In this document: positions 38,195-51,900 of the stretch, piece after piece
Numbering within the stretch: position 1 is the stretch's first letter
Layout: each line of letters opens with the position of its first letter
NCBI RefSeq assembly: GCF_009914755.1
Contig: NC_060943.1
Length of the DNA stretch: 64,000 nt
From: the human T2T-CHM13v2.0 reference genome, Homo sapiens
Reading direction: 5' to 3' (one strand)
The notes under the pieces: generated by a model
Database searches by the model: none
What the model was told of the DNA's origin: nothing
Seen by the model: the letters and a program-made list of their open reading frames with translations, nothing else
Position numbers and translations under genes: made by a program

Positions 38195-41100
38195 AACCTT
38201 TCTTTTCATAGAGCAGTTAGGAAACACTCTGTTTGTAAAGTCTGCAAGTGGATATTCAGACATCCTTGAGGCTTTCGTTGGAAACGGGATTTCTTCATAT
38301 TCTGCTATACAGAAGAATTCTCAGAAACTTCCTTGTGTTGTGTGTTTTCAACTCACAGAGTTGAACGATGCTTTACACAGTGTAGACTTGAAACACTCTT
38401 GTTGTGGAATTTGCAAGTGGAGATTTCAGCCGCTTTGAGGTCAATGGTAGAATAGGAAATATCTTCCTATAGAAACTAGACAGAATGATTCTCAGAAACT
38501 CCTTTGTGATGTGTGCGTTCAACTCACAGAGTTTAACCTTTCTTTTCATAGAGCAGTTAGGAAACACTCTGTTTGTAAAGTCTGCAAGTGGATATTCAGA
38601 CCTCTTTGAGGCCTTCGTTTGAAACGGGATTTCTTCATATTCTGCTAGAAAGAAGAATTCTCAGTAACTTCCTTGTGTTGTGTGTATTCAACTCACAGAG
38701 TTGAATGATCCTTTACACAGAACAGACTTGAAACACTCTTTTTGTGGAATTTGCAAGTGGAGATTTCAGCTGCTTTGAGGTCAATGGTAGAAAAGGAAAT
38801 ATCTTCCTATAGAAACTAGACAGAATGATTCTCAGAAACTCCTTTGTGATGTGTGCGTTCAACTCACAGAGTTTAACCTTTCTTTTCATAGAGCAGTTAG
38901 GAAACACTCTGTTTTTATAGTCTGCAAGTGGATATTCAGACCTCTTTGAGGCCTTCGTTGGAAACGGGATTTCTTCATATTCTGCTAGAGAGAAGAATTC
39001 GCAGTAACTTCATTGTGTTGTCGGTATTCAACTCACAGAGTTCAACGATCCTTTACACAGAGCAGACTTGAAACACTCTTTTTGTGGAATTTGCAAGTGG
39101 AGATTTCAGCCGCTTTGAGGTCAATGGTAGAAAAGGAAATATCTTCCTATAGAAACTAGACAGAATGATTCTCAGAAACTCCTTTGTGATGTGTGCGTTC
39201 AACTCACAGAGTTTAACCTTTCTTTTCATAGACCAGTTAGGAAACACTCTGTTTTTATAGTCTGTAAGTGGATATTCAGACATCTTTGAGGCCTTCGTTG
39301 GAAACGGGATTTCTTCATATTCTGCTATACAGAAGAATTCTCAGAAACTTCCTTGTGTTGTGTGTTTTCAACTCACAGAGTTGAACGATGCTTTACACAG
39401 AGTAGACTTGAAACACTCTTTTTGTGTAATTTGCTAGTGGAGATTTCAGCCGCTTTGAGTTCAATGGTAGAAAAAGAAATATCTTCGTATAAAAATTAGA
39501 CAGAATGATTCTCAGAAACTCCTTTGTGATGTGTGCGTTCAACTCACAGAGTTTAACCTTTCTTTTCATAGAGCAGTTAGGAAACACTCTGTTTTTAAAG
39601 TCTGCAAGTGTATATTCAGACATCCTTGAGGCTTTCGTTGCAAACGGGATTTCTTCATATTCTGCTATACAGAAGAATTCTCAGAAACTTCCCTGTGTTG
39701 TGTGAATTCAACTCACAGAGTTGAGCGATCCTTTACACAGAGCAGACTTGAAACACTCTTTTTGTGGAATTTGCAAGTGGAGATTTCAGCCGCTTTGAGG
39801 TCAATGGTAGAATAGGGAATATCTTCCTATAGAAACTAGACAGAATGATTCTCAGAAACTCCTTTGTGATGTGTGCGTTCAACTCACAGAGTTTAACCTT
39901 TCTTTTCATAGAGCAGTTAGGAAACACTCTGTTTGTAAAGACTGCAAGTGGATATTCAGACCTCCTTGAGGCCTTCGTTGGAAACAGGATTTCTTCATAT
40001 TATGCTAGACAGAAGAATTCTCAGTAACTTCCTTGTGTTGTGTGTATTCAACTCACAGAGTTGAACGATCCTTTACACAGAGCAGACTTGAAACACTCTT
40101 TTTGTGGAATTTGCAAGTGGAGATTTCAGCCGCTTTGAGGTCAATGGTAGAATAGGAAATATCTTCCTATAGAAACTAGACAGAATGATTCTCAGAAACT
40201 CCTTTGTGATGTGTGCATTCAACTCACAGAGTTTAACCTTTCTTTTCATAGAGCAGTTAGGAAACACTCTGTTTGTAAAGTCTGCAAGTGGATATTCAGA
40301 CCTCTTTGAGGCCTTCGTTGGAAACGGGATTTCTTCATATTCTGCTAGACAGAAGAATTCTCAGTAACTTCCTTGTGTTGTGTGTATTCAACTCACAGAG
40401 TTGAACGATCCTTTACACAGAGCAGACTTGAAACACTCTTGTTGTGTAATTTGCAAGTGGAGATTTCAGCCGCTTTGAGGTCAATGGTAGAATAGGAAAT
40501 ATCTTCCTATAGAAACTAGACAGAATGATTCTCAGAAACTCCTTTGTGATGTGTGTGTTCAACTCACAGAGTTTAACCTTTCTTTTCATAGAGCAGTTAG
40601 GAAACACTCTGTTTGTAAAGTCTGCAAGTGGATATTCAGACCTCTTTGAGGCCTTCGTTGGAAACGGGATTTCTTCATATTCTGCTAGACAGAAGAATTC
40701 TCAGTAACTTCCTTGTGTTGTGTGAATTCACCTCACAGAGTTGAACGATCGTTTACACAGAGCAGACTTGAAACACTCTTTTTGTGGAATTTGCAAGTGG
40801 AGATTTCAGCCGCTTTGTGGTCAATAGTAGAATAGGAAATATCTTCCTATAGAAACTAGACAGAATGATTGTCAGAAACTCCTTTGTGATGTGTGCGTTC
40901 AACTCACAGAGTTTATCCTTTCTTTTCATAGAGCAGTTAGGAAACACTCTGTTTGTAAAGTCTGCAAGTGGATATTCAGACATCTTTGAGGCTTTCATTG
41001 GAAACGGGATTTCTTCATATTCTGCTATACAGAAGAATTCTCAGAAACTTCCTTGTGTTCTGTGTTTTCAACTCACAGAGTTGAACGATGCTTTACACAG

Positions 41101-42620
41101 AGTAGACTTGAAACACTCTTGTGGAATTTGCAAGTGGAGATTTCAGCCGCTTTGAGGTCAATGGTAGAATAGGAAATATCTTCCTATAGAAACTAGACAG
41201 AATGATTCTCAGAAACTCTTTTGTGATGTGTGCGTTCAACTCACAGAGTTTAACCATTCTTTTCATAGAGGAGTTAGGAAACACTCTGTTTGAAAAGTCT
41301 GCAAGTGGATATTCTGACCTCCTTGAGGCCTTCGTTGGAAACGGGATTTCTTCATATTATGCTGGACAGAAGAATTCTCAGTAACTTCCTTGTAGTGTGT
41401 GTATTCAACTCACAGAGTTAAACGATCCTTTACACAGAGCAGACTTGAAACACTCTTTTTGTGGAATTTCCAAGTGGAGATTTCAGCCGCTTTGAGGTCA
41501 ATGGTAGAATAGGAAATATCTTCCTATAGAAACTAGACAGAATGATTCTCAGAAACTCCTTTGTGATGTGTGCGTTCAACTCACAGAGTTTAACCTTTCT
41601 TTTCATAGAGCAGTTAGGAAACACTCTGTTTTTATAGTCTGCAAGTGGATATTCAGACATCTTTGAGGCCTTCGTTGGAAACGTGATTTCTTCATATTCT
41701 GCTATACAGAAGAATTCTCAGAAACTTCCTTGTGTTGTGTGTTTTCAACTCACAGAGTTGAACGATGCTTTACACAGAGTAGACTTGAAACACTCTTTTT
41801 GTGTAATTTGCAAGTGGAGATTTCAGCCGCTTTGAGGTCAATGGTAGAAAAGGAAATATCTTCGTATAAAAACTAGACAGAATGATTCTCAGAAACTACT
41901 TTGTGATGTGTGCGTTCAACTCACAGAGTTTAACCTTTCTTTTCATAGAGCAGTTAGGAAACACTCTGTTTGTAAAGTCTGCAAGTGGATATTCAGACAT
42001 CCTTGAGGCTTTCGTTGGAAACGGGATTTCTTCATATTCTGCTATACAGAAGAATTCTCAGAAACTTCCTTGTGTTGTGTGTTTTCAACTCACAGAGTTG
42101 AAGGATGCTTTACACAGTGTAGACTTGAAACACTCTTGTTGTGGAATTTGCAAGTGGAGATTTCAGCCGCTTTGAGGTCAATGGTAGAATAGGAAATATC
42201 TTCCTATAGAAACTAGACAGAATGATTCTCAGAAACTCCTTTGTGATGTGTGCGTTCAACTCACAGAGTTTAACCTTTCTTTTCATAGAGCAGTTAGGAA
42301 ACACTCTGTTTGTAAAGTCTGCAAGTGGATATTCAGACCTCTTTGAGGCCTTCGTTTGAAACGGGATTTCTTCATATTCTGCTAGAAAGAAGAATTCTCA
42401 GTAACTTCCTTGTGTTGTGTGTATTCAACTCACAGAGTTGAATGATCCTTTACACAGAACAGACTTGAAACACTCTTTTTGTGGAATTTGCAAGTGGAGA
42501 TTTCAGCTGCTTTGAGGTCAATGGTAGAAAAGGAAATATCTTCCTATAGAAACTAGACAGAATGATTCTCAGAAAGTCCTTTGTGATGTGTGCGTTCAAC
42601 TCACAGAGTTTAACCTTTCT
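36720..42620 (+). repeat. Partial 3737-bp (22-mer minus 3 bp) periodicity: ~36720-38880 repeated at ~40457-42620
   Basis: Dimer pairs 36788/40525, 37128/40865, 37465/41202, 38145/41882, 38485/42222. Confidence 0.82.
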
Positions 42621-44900
42621 TTTCATAGAGCAGTTAGGAAACACTCTGTTTGTAAAGTCTGCAAGTGGATATTCAGACATCTTTGAGGCTTTCGTTGGAA
42701 ACGGGATTTCTTCGTATTCTGCTATACAGAAGAATTCTCAGAAACTTCCTTGTGTTGTGTGTTTTCAACTCACAGATTTGAACGATGCTTTACAAAGAGT
42801 AGACTTGAAACACTCTTTTTGTGGAATTTGCAAGTGGAGATTTCAGCCGCTTTGAGGTCAATGGTAGAATAGGAAATATCTTCCTATAGAAACTAGACAG
42901 AATGATTCTCAGAAACTCCTTTGTGATGTGTGCGTTCAACTCACAGAGTTTAACCTTTCTTTTCATAGAGCAGTTAGGAAACACTCTGTTTTTATAGTCT
43001 GCAAGTGGATATTCTGACATCTTTGAGGCCTTCGTTGGAAACGGGATTACTTCATATTCTGCTATACAGAAGAATTCTCAGAAACTTCCTTGTGTTGTGT
43101 GTTTTCAACTCACAGAGTTCAACGATGCTTTACACAGAGTAGACTTGAAACACTCTTTTTGTGTAATTTGCAAGTGGAGATTTCAGCCGCTTTGAGGTCA
43201 ATGGTAGAAAAGGAAATATCTTCGTATAAAAACTAGACAGAATGATTCTCAGAAACTCCTTTGTGATGTGTGCGTTCAACTCACAGAGTTTAACCTTTCT
43301 TTTCATAGAGCAGTTAGGAAACACTCTGTTTGTAAAGTCTGCAAGTGGATATTCAGACATCCTTGAGGCTTTCGTTGGAAACGGGATTTCTTCATATTCT
43401 GCTAGAAAGAAGAATTCTCAGTAACTTCCTTGTGTTGTGTGTATTCAACTCACAGAGTTGAATGATCCTTTACACAGAACAGACTTGAAACACTCTTTTT
43501 GTGGAATTTGCAAGTGGAGATTTCAGCCGCTTTGTGGTCAATGGTAGAATAGGAAATATCTTCCTATAGAAACTAGACAGAATGATTCTCAGAAACTCCT
43601 TTGTGATGTCTGCGTTCAACTCACAGAGTTAAACTTTCTTTTCATAGAGCAGTTAGGAAACACTCTGTTTGTAAAGTCTGCAAGTGGATATTCAGACCTC
43701 CTTGAGGCCTTCGTTGGAAAAGGGATTTCTTCATATTATGCTAGACAGAAGAATTCTCAGTAACTTCCTTGTGTTGTGTGTATTCAAATCACAGAGTTGA
43801 ACGATCCTTTACACAGAGCAGACTTGAAACACTTTTTGTGGAATTTGCAAGCGGAGATTTCAGCCGCTTTGAGGTCAATGGTAGAATAGGAAATATCTTC
43901 CTATAGAAACTATACAGAATGATTCTCAGAAACTCCTTTGTGATGTGTGCGTTCAACTCACAGAGTTTAACCTTTCTTTTCATAGAGCAGTTGGGAAACA
44001 CTCTGTTTGTAAAGTCTGCAAGTGGATATTCAGACCTCTTTGAGGCCTTCGTTGGAAACGGGATTTCTTCATATTCTGCTAGACAGAAGAATTCTCAGTA
44101 ACTTCCTTGTGTTGTGTGTATTCAACTCACAGAGTTGAATGATCCTTTACACAGAACAGACTTGAAACACTCTTTTTGTGGAATTTGCAAGTGGAGATTT
44201 CAGCCGCTATGTGGTCAATGGTAGAATAGGAAATATCTTCCTATAGAAACTAGACAGAATGATTCTCAGAAAGTCCTTTGTGATGTGTGCGTTCAACTCA
44301 CAGAGTTTAACCTTTCTTTTCATAGAGCAGTTAGGAAACACTCTGTTTGTAAAGTCTGCAAGTGGATATTCAGACCTCCTTGAGGCCTTCGTTGGAAATG
44401 GGATTTCTTCATATTATGCTAGACAGAAGAATTCTCAGTAACTTCCTTGTGTTGTGTGTATTCAACTCACAGAGTTGAACGATCCTTTACACAGAGCATA
44501 CTTGAAACACTCTTGTTGTGGAATTTGCAAGGGGAGATTTCAGCCGCTTTGAGATCAATGGTAGAATAGGAAACATCTTCCTATAGAAACTAGACAGAAT
44601 GATTCTCAGAAACTCCCTTGTGATGTGTGCGTTCAACTCACAGAGTTTAACCTTTCTTTTCATAGAGCAGTTAGGAAACACTCTGTTTGTAAAGTCTGCA
44701 AGTGGATATTCAGACCTCTTTGAGGCCTTCGTTGGAAACGGGATTTCTTCATATTATGCTAGACAGAAGAATTCTCAGTAACTTCCTTGTGTTGTGTGTT
44801 TTCAACTCACAGAGTTCAACGATCCTTTACACAGAGTAGACTTGAAACACTCTTTTTGTGGAATTGGCAAGTGGAGATTTCAGCCGCTTTGAGGTCAATG
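38890..44900 (+). repeat. ~6-kb segmental duplicate (copy at ~53844-59854, offset 14954)
   Basis: Dimer pairs 39505/54459, 39845/54799, 40525/55479, 41202/56156, 43919/58873, 44599/59553. Both share cttgttgtgtaatt (~40440/55394). Confidence 0.88.
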
Positions 44901-47900
44901 GTAGAAAAGGAAATATCTTCGTATAAAAAATAGACAGAGTGATTCTCAGAAACTCCTTTGTGATGTCTGCGTTCAACTCACAGAGTTTAACCTTTCTTTT
45001 CATAGAGCAGTTAGGAAACACTCTGTTTGTAAAGTCTGCAAGTGGATATTCAGACCTCTTTGAGGCCTTCGTTGAAAACGGGATTTCTTCATATTCTGCT
45101 AGACAGAAGAATTCTCAGTAACTTCCTTGTGTTGTGTGTATTCAACTCACAGAGTTGAATGATCCTTTACACAGAGCAGACTTGAAACACTCTTTTTGTG
45201 GAATTTGCAAGTGGAGATTTCAGCCGCTTTGAGTTCAATGGTAGAATAGGAAATATCTTCCTATAGAAACTAGACAGAATGATTCTCAGAAACTCCTTTG
45301 TGATGTGTGCGTTCAACTCACAGAGTTCAACCTTTCTTTTCATAGAGCAGTTGGGAAACACTCTGTTTGTAATGTCTGCAAGTGGATATTCAGACTTCTT
45401 TGAGGCTTTCGTTGGAAGCGGGATTTCTTCATATTCTGCTAGACAGAAGAATTCTCAGTAACTTCCTTGTGTTGTGTGTATTCAACTCACAGAGTTGAAC
45501 GATCCTTTACACAGAGCAGACTTGAAACACTCTTTTTGTGGAATTTGCAAGTGGAGATTTCAGCCGATTTGAGGTCAATGGTAGAATAGGAAATATCTTC
45601 CTATAGAAACTAGACAGAATGATTCTCAGAAACTCCTTTGTGATGTGTGCGTTCAACTCACAGAGTTTAACCTTTCTTTTCATAGAGCAGTTAGGAAACA
45701 CTCTGTTTGTAAAGTCTGCAAGTGGATATTCAGACATCCTTGAGGCTTTCGTTTGAAACGGGATTTCTTCATATTCTGCTAGAAAGAAGAATTCTCAGTA
45801 ACTTCCTTGTGTTGTGTGTATTCAACTCACAGAGTTGAATGATCCTTTACACAGAACAGTCTTGAAACACTCTTTTTGTGGAATTTGCAAGTGGAGATTT
45901 CAGCCGCTTTGAGGTCAATGGTAGAATAGGAAATATCTTCCTATAGAAACTAGACAGAATGATTCTCAGAAACTCCTTTGTGATGTGTGCGTTCAACTCA
46001 CAGAGTTTAACCTTTCTTTTCATAGAGCAGTTAGGAAACACTCTGTTTGTAAAGTCTGCAAGTGGATATTCAGACATCTTTGAGGCTTTCGTTGGAAACG
46101 GGATTTCTTCATATTCTGCTAGACAGAAGAATTCTCAGAAACTTCGTTGTGTTGTGTGTTTTCAACTCACAGAGTTCAACGATCCTTTACACAGAGTAGA
46201 CTTGAAACACTCTTTTTGTGGAATTGGCAGGGAGGAGATTTCAGCCGCTTTGAGGTCAATGGTAGAAAAGGAAATATCTTCGTATAAAAACTAGACAGAG
46301 TGATTCTCAGAAACTCCTTTGTGATGTCTGCGTTCAACTCACAGAGTTTAACCTTTCTTTTCATAGAGCAGTTAGGAAACACTCTGTTTGTAAAGTCTGC
46401 AAGTGGATATTCAGACCTCCTTGAGGCCTTCGTTGGAAACGGGATTTCTTCATATTCTGCTATACAGAAGAATTCTCAGAAACTTCCTTGTGTTGTGTGT
46501 ATTCAACTCACAGAGTTGAACGATCGTTTACACAGAGCAGACTTGAGACACTCTTTTTGTGGAATTTGCAAGTGGAGATTTCAGCCGCTTTGAGGTCAAT
46601 GGTAGAAAAGGAAATATCTTCATATAAAAACTAGACAGAATGATTCTCAGAAACTCATTTGTGATGTGTGCGTTCAACTCACAGAGTTTAACCTTTCTTT
46701 TCATAGAGCAGTTAGGAAACACTCTGTTTGTAAAGTCTGCAAGTGGATATTCAGACCTCTTTGAGGCCTTCGTTGGAAACGGGATTTCTTCATATTATGC
46801 TAGACAGAAGAATTCTCAGTAACTTCCTTGTGTTGTGTGTATTCAACTCACAGAGTTGAACGAACCTTTACACAGAGCAGACTTGAAACACTCTTTTTGT
46901 GGAATTTGCAAGTGTAGATTTCATCCGCTTTGAGGTCAATGGTAGAAAAGGAAATATCTTCGTATAAAAACTAGACAGAATGATTCTGAGAAACTCCTTT
47001 GTGATGTGTGCGTTCAACTCACAGAGTTTAACCTTTCTTTTCATAGAGCAGTTAGGAAACACTCTGTTTGTAAAGTCTGCAAGTGGATATTCAGACCTCC
47101 TTGAGGCCTTCGTTGGAAACGGGATTTCTTCATATTATGCTAGACAGAAGAATTCTCAGTAACTTCCTTGTGTTGTGTGTATTCAACTGACAGAGTTGAA
47201 CGATCCTTTACACAGAGCAGACTTGAAACACTCTTTTTGTGGAATTTGCAAGTGGAGATTTCAGCCGCTTTGAGGTCAATGGTAGAATAGGAAATATCTT
47301 CCTATAGAAACTAGACAGAATGATTCTCAGAAACTCCTTTGTGATGTGTGCGTTCAACTTACAGAGTTCAACCTTTCTTTTCATAGAGCAGTTGGGAAAC
47401 ACTCTGTTTGTAAAGTCTGCAAGTGGATATTCGGACTTATTTGAGGCCTTCGTTGGAAGCGGGATTTCTTCATATTCTGCTAGACAGAAGAATTCTCAGT
47501 AACTTCCTTGTGTTGTGTGTATTCAACTCACAGAGTTGAACGATCCTTTACACATAGCAGACTTGAAACACTATTTTGTGGAATTTGCAAGTGGAGATTT
47601 CAGCCGCTTTGAGGTCAATGGTAGAATAGGAAATATCTTCCTATAGAAACTAGACAGAATGATTCTCAGAAACTCCTTTGTGATGTGTGCGTTCAACTCA
47701 CAGAGTTCAACCTTTCTTTTCATAGAGCAGTTAGGAAACACTCTGTTTGTAAAGTCTGCAAGTGGATATTCAGACATCCTTGAGGCTTTCGTTGGAAACG
47801 GGATTTCTTCATATTCTGCTAGAAAGAAGAATTCTCTGTAACTTCCTTGTGTTGTGTGTATTCAACTCACAGAGTTGAATGATCCTTTACACAGAACAGT

Positions 47901-48082
47901 CTTGAAACACTCTTTTTGTGGAATTTGCAAGTGGAGATTTCTGCCGCTTTGAGGTCAATGGCAGAATAGGAAATATCTTCCTATAGAAACTAGACAGAAT
48001 GATTCTCAGAAACTCCTTTGTGATGTGTGCGTTCAACTCACAGAGTTTAACCTTTCTTTTCATAGAGCAGTTAGGAAACACT
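40812..48082 (+). repeat. ~7.3-kb segmental duplicate, copy B
   Basis: See copy A at 13960-21230 (offset 26852). Confidence 0.9.
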
Positions 48083-48979
48083 CTGTTTGTAAAGTCTGCA
48101 AGTGGATATTCAGACCTCTTTGAGGCCTTCGTTGGAAACGGGATTTCTTCATATTATGCTAGACAGAAGAATTCTCAGTAACTTCCTTGTGTTGTGTGTA
48201 TTCAACTCACAGATTTCAACGATCCTTTACACAGAGCAGACTTGAAACACTCTTTTTCTGGTATTTGCAAGTGGAGATTTCAGCCGCTTTGAGGTCAATG
48301 GTAGAATAGGAAATATCTTCCTATAGAAACTAGACAGAATGATTCTCAGAAACTCCTTTGTGATGTGTGCGTTCAACTCACAGAGTTTAACCTTTCTTTT
48401 CATAGAGCAGTTAGGAAACACTCTGTTTGTAAAGTCTGCAAGTGGATATTCAGACCTCCTTGAGGCCTTCGTTGGAAACGGGATTTCTACATATAATGCT
48501 AGACAGAAGAATTCTCAGTAACTTCCTTGTGTTGTGTGTATTCAACTCACAGAGTTGAACGATCCTTTACACAGAGCAGACTTGAAACACTCTTTTTGTG
48601 GAATTTGCAAGTGGAGATTTCAGCCGCTTTGAGGTCAATGGTAGAATAGGAAATATCTTCCTATAGAAACTAGACAGAATGATTCTGAGAAACTCCTTTG
48701 TGATGTGTGCGTTCAACTCACAGAGTTTAACCTTTCTTTTCATAGAGCAGTTAGGAAACACTCTGTTTGTAAAGTCTGCAAGTGGATATTCAGACCTCCT
48801 TGAGGCCTTCGTTGGAAACGGGATTTCTTCATATTATGCTAGACAGAAGAATTCTCAGTAACTTCCTTGTGTTGTGTGTATTCAACTCACAGAGTTGAAT
48901 GATCCTTTACACAGAACAGACTTGAAACACTCTTGTTGTGGAATTTGCAAGTGGAGAATTCAGCCGCTTTGAGGTCAAC

Positions 48980-51900
48980 GGTAGAATAGGAAATATCTTC
49001 CTATAGAAACTAGACAGAATGATTCTCAGAAACTCCTTTGTGATGTGTGCGTTCAACTCACAGAGTTTAACCTTTCTTTTCATAGAGCAGTTAGGAAACA
49101 CTCTGTTTGTAAAGTCTGCAAGTGGATATTCAGACATCCTTGAGGCTTTCGTTGGAAACGGGATTTCTTCATATTCTGCTAGAAAGAAGAATTCTCAGTA
49201 ACTTCCTTGTGTTGTGTGTATTCAACTCACAGAGTTGAACGATCCTTTACACAGAACAGTCTTGAAACACTCTTTTTGTGGAATTTGCAATTGGAGATTT
49301 CAGCCGCTTTGAGGTCAATGGTAGAATAGGAAATATCTTCCTATAGAAACTAGACAGAATGATTCTCAGAAACACCTTTGTGATGTGTGCGTTCAACTCA
49401 CAGAGTTTAACCTTTCTTTTCATAGAGCAGTTAGGAAACACTCTGTTTGTAAAGTCTGCAAGTGGATATTCAGACATCTTTGAGGCCTTCGTTGGAAACG
49501 GGATTTCTTCATGTTCTGCTAGACAGAAGAATTCTCAGAAACTTCCTTGTGTTGTGTGTTTTCAACTCACAGAGTTGAACGATGCTTTACACAGAGTAGA
49601 CTTGAAACACTCTTTTTGTGTAATTTGCAAGTGGAGATTTCAGCCGCTTTGAAGTCAATGGTAGAAAAGGAAATATCTTCGTATAAAAACTAGACAGAAT
49701 GATTCTCAGAAACTCCTTTGTGATGTGTGCGTTCAACTCACAGAGTTTAACCTTTCTTTTCATAGAGCAGTTAGGAAACACTCTGTTTGTTATGTCTGCA
49801 AGTGGATATTCAGTCCTCTTTGAGGCCATCGTTGGAAACGGGATTTCTTCATATTATGCTAGACAGAAGAATTCTCAGTAACTTCCTTGTGTTGTGTGTA
49901 TTCAACTCACAGATTTCAACGATCCTTTACACAGAGCAGACTTGAAACACTCTTTTTCTGGAATTTGCAAGTGGAGATTTCAGCCGCTTTGAGGTCAATG
50001 GTAGAATAGGAAATATCTTCCTATAGAAACTAGACAGAATGATTCTCAGAAACTCCTTTGTGATGTGTGCGTTCAACTCACAGAGTTTAACCTTTCTTTT
50101 CATAGAGCAGTTAGGAAACACTCTGTTTGTAAAGTCTGCAAGTGGATATTCAGACCTCCTTGAGGCCTTCGTTGGAAACGGGATTTCTTCATATTATGCT
50201 AGACAGAAGAATTCTCAGAAACTTCCTTGTGTTGTGTGTTTTCAACTCACAGAGTTGAACGATCCTTTACACAGAGTAGACTTGAAACACTCTTTTTGTG
50301 GAATTTGCAAGTGGAAATTTCAGCTGCTTTGAGGTCAATGGTAGAAAAGGAAATATCTTCCTATAGAAACTAGACAGAATGATTCTCAGAAACTCCTTTG
50401 TGATGTGTGCGTTCAACTCACAGAGTTTAACCTTTCTTTTCATAGAGCAGTTAGGAAACACTCTGTTTGTAAAGTCTGCAAGTGGATATTCAGACATCTT
50501 TGAGGCTTTCGTTGGAAACGGGATTTCTTCGTATTCTGCTATACAGAAGAATTCTCAGAAACTTCCTTGTGTTGTGTGTTTTCAACTCACAGATTTGAAC
50601 GATGCTTTACACAGAGTAGACTTGAAACACTCTTTTTGTGGAATTTGCAAGTGGAGATTTCAGCCGCTTTGAGGTCAATGGTAGAATAGGAAATATCTTC
50701 CTATAGAAACTAGACAGAATGATTCTCAGAAACTCCTTTGTGATGTGTGCGTTCAACTCACAGAGTTTAACCTTTCTTTTCATAGAGCAGTTAGGAAACA
50801 CTCTGTTTTTATAGTCTGCAAGTGGATATTCAGACCTCTTTGAGGCCTTCGTTGGAAACGGGATTTCTTCATATTCTGCTAGAGAGAAGAATTCGCAGTA
50901 ACTTCATTGTGTTGTCGGTATTCAACTCACAGAGTTCAACGATCCTTTACACAGAGCAGACTTGAAACACTCTTTTTGTGGAATTTGCAAGTGGAGATTT
51001 CAGCCGCTTTGAGGTCAATGGTAGAAAAGGAAATATCTTCCTATAGAAACTAGACAGAATGATTCTCAGAAACTCCTTTGTGATGTGTGCGTTCAACTCA
51101 CAGAGTTTAACCTTTCTTTTCATAGACCAGTTAGGAAACACTCTGTTTTTATAGTCTGTAAGTGGATATTCAGACATCTTTGAGGCCTTCGTTGGAAACG
51201 GGATTTCTTCATATTCTGCTATACAGAAGAATTCTCAGAAACTTCCTTGTGTTGTGTGTTTTCAACTCACAGAGTTCAACGATGCTTTACACAGAGTAGA
51301 CTTGAAACACTCTTTTTGTGTAATTTGCTAGTGGAGATTTCAGCCGCTTTGAGTTCAATGGTAGAAAAAGAAATATCTTCGTATAAAAATTAGACAGAAT
51401 GATTCTCAGAAACTCCTTTGTGATGTGTGCGTTCAACTCACAGAGTTTAACCTTTCTTTTCATAGAGCAGTTAGGATACACTCTGTTTTTAAAGTCTGCA
51501 AGTGTATATTCAGACATCCTTGAGGCTTTCGTTGCAAACGGGATTTCTTCATATTCTGCTATACAGAAGAATTCTCAGAAACTTCCCTGTGTTGTGTGAA
51601 TTCAACTCACAGAGTTGAACGATCCTTTACACAGAGCAGACTTGAAACACTCTTTTTGTGGAATTTGCAAGTGGAGATTTCAGCCGCTTTGAGGTCAATG
51701 GTAGAATAGGGAATATCTTCCTATAGAAACTAGACAAAATGATTCTCAGAAACTCCTTTGTGATGTGTGCGTTCAACTCACAGAGTTTAACCTTTCTTTT
51801 CATAGAGCAGTTAGGAAACACTCTGTTTGTAAAGACTGCAAGTGGATATTCAGACCTCCTTGAGGCCTTCGTTGGAAACAGGATTTCTTCATATTATGCT

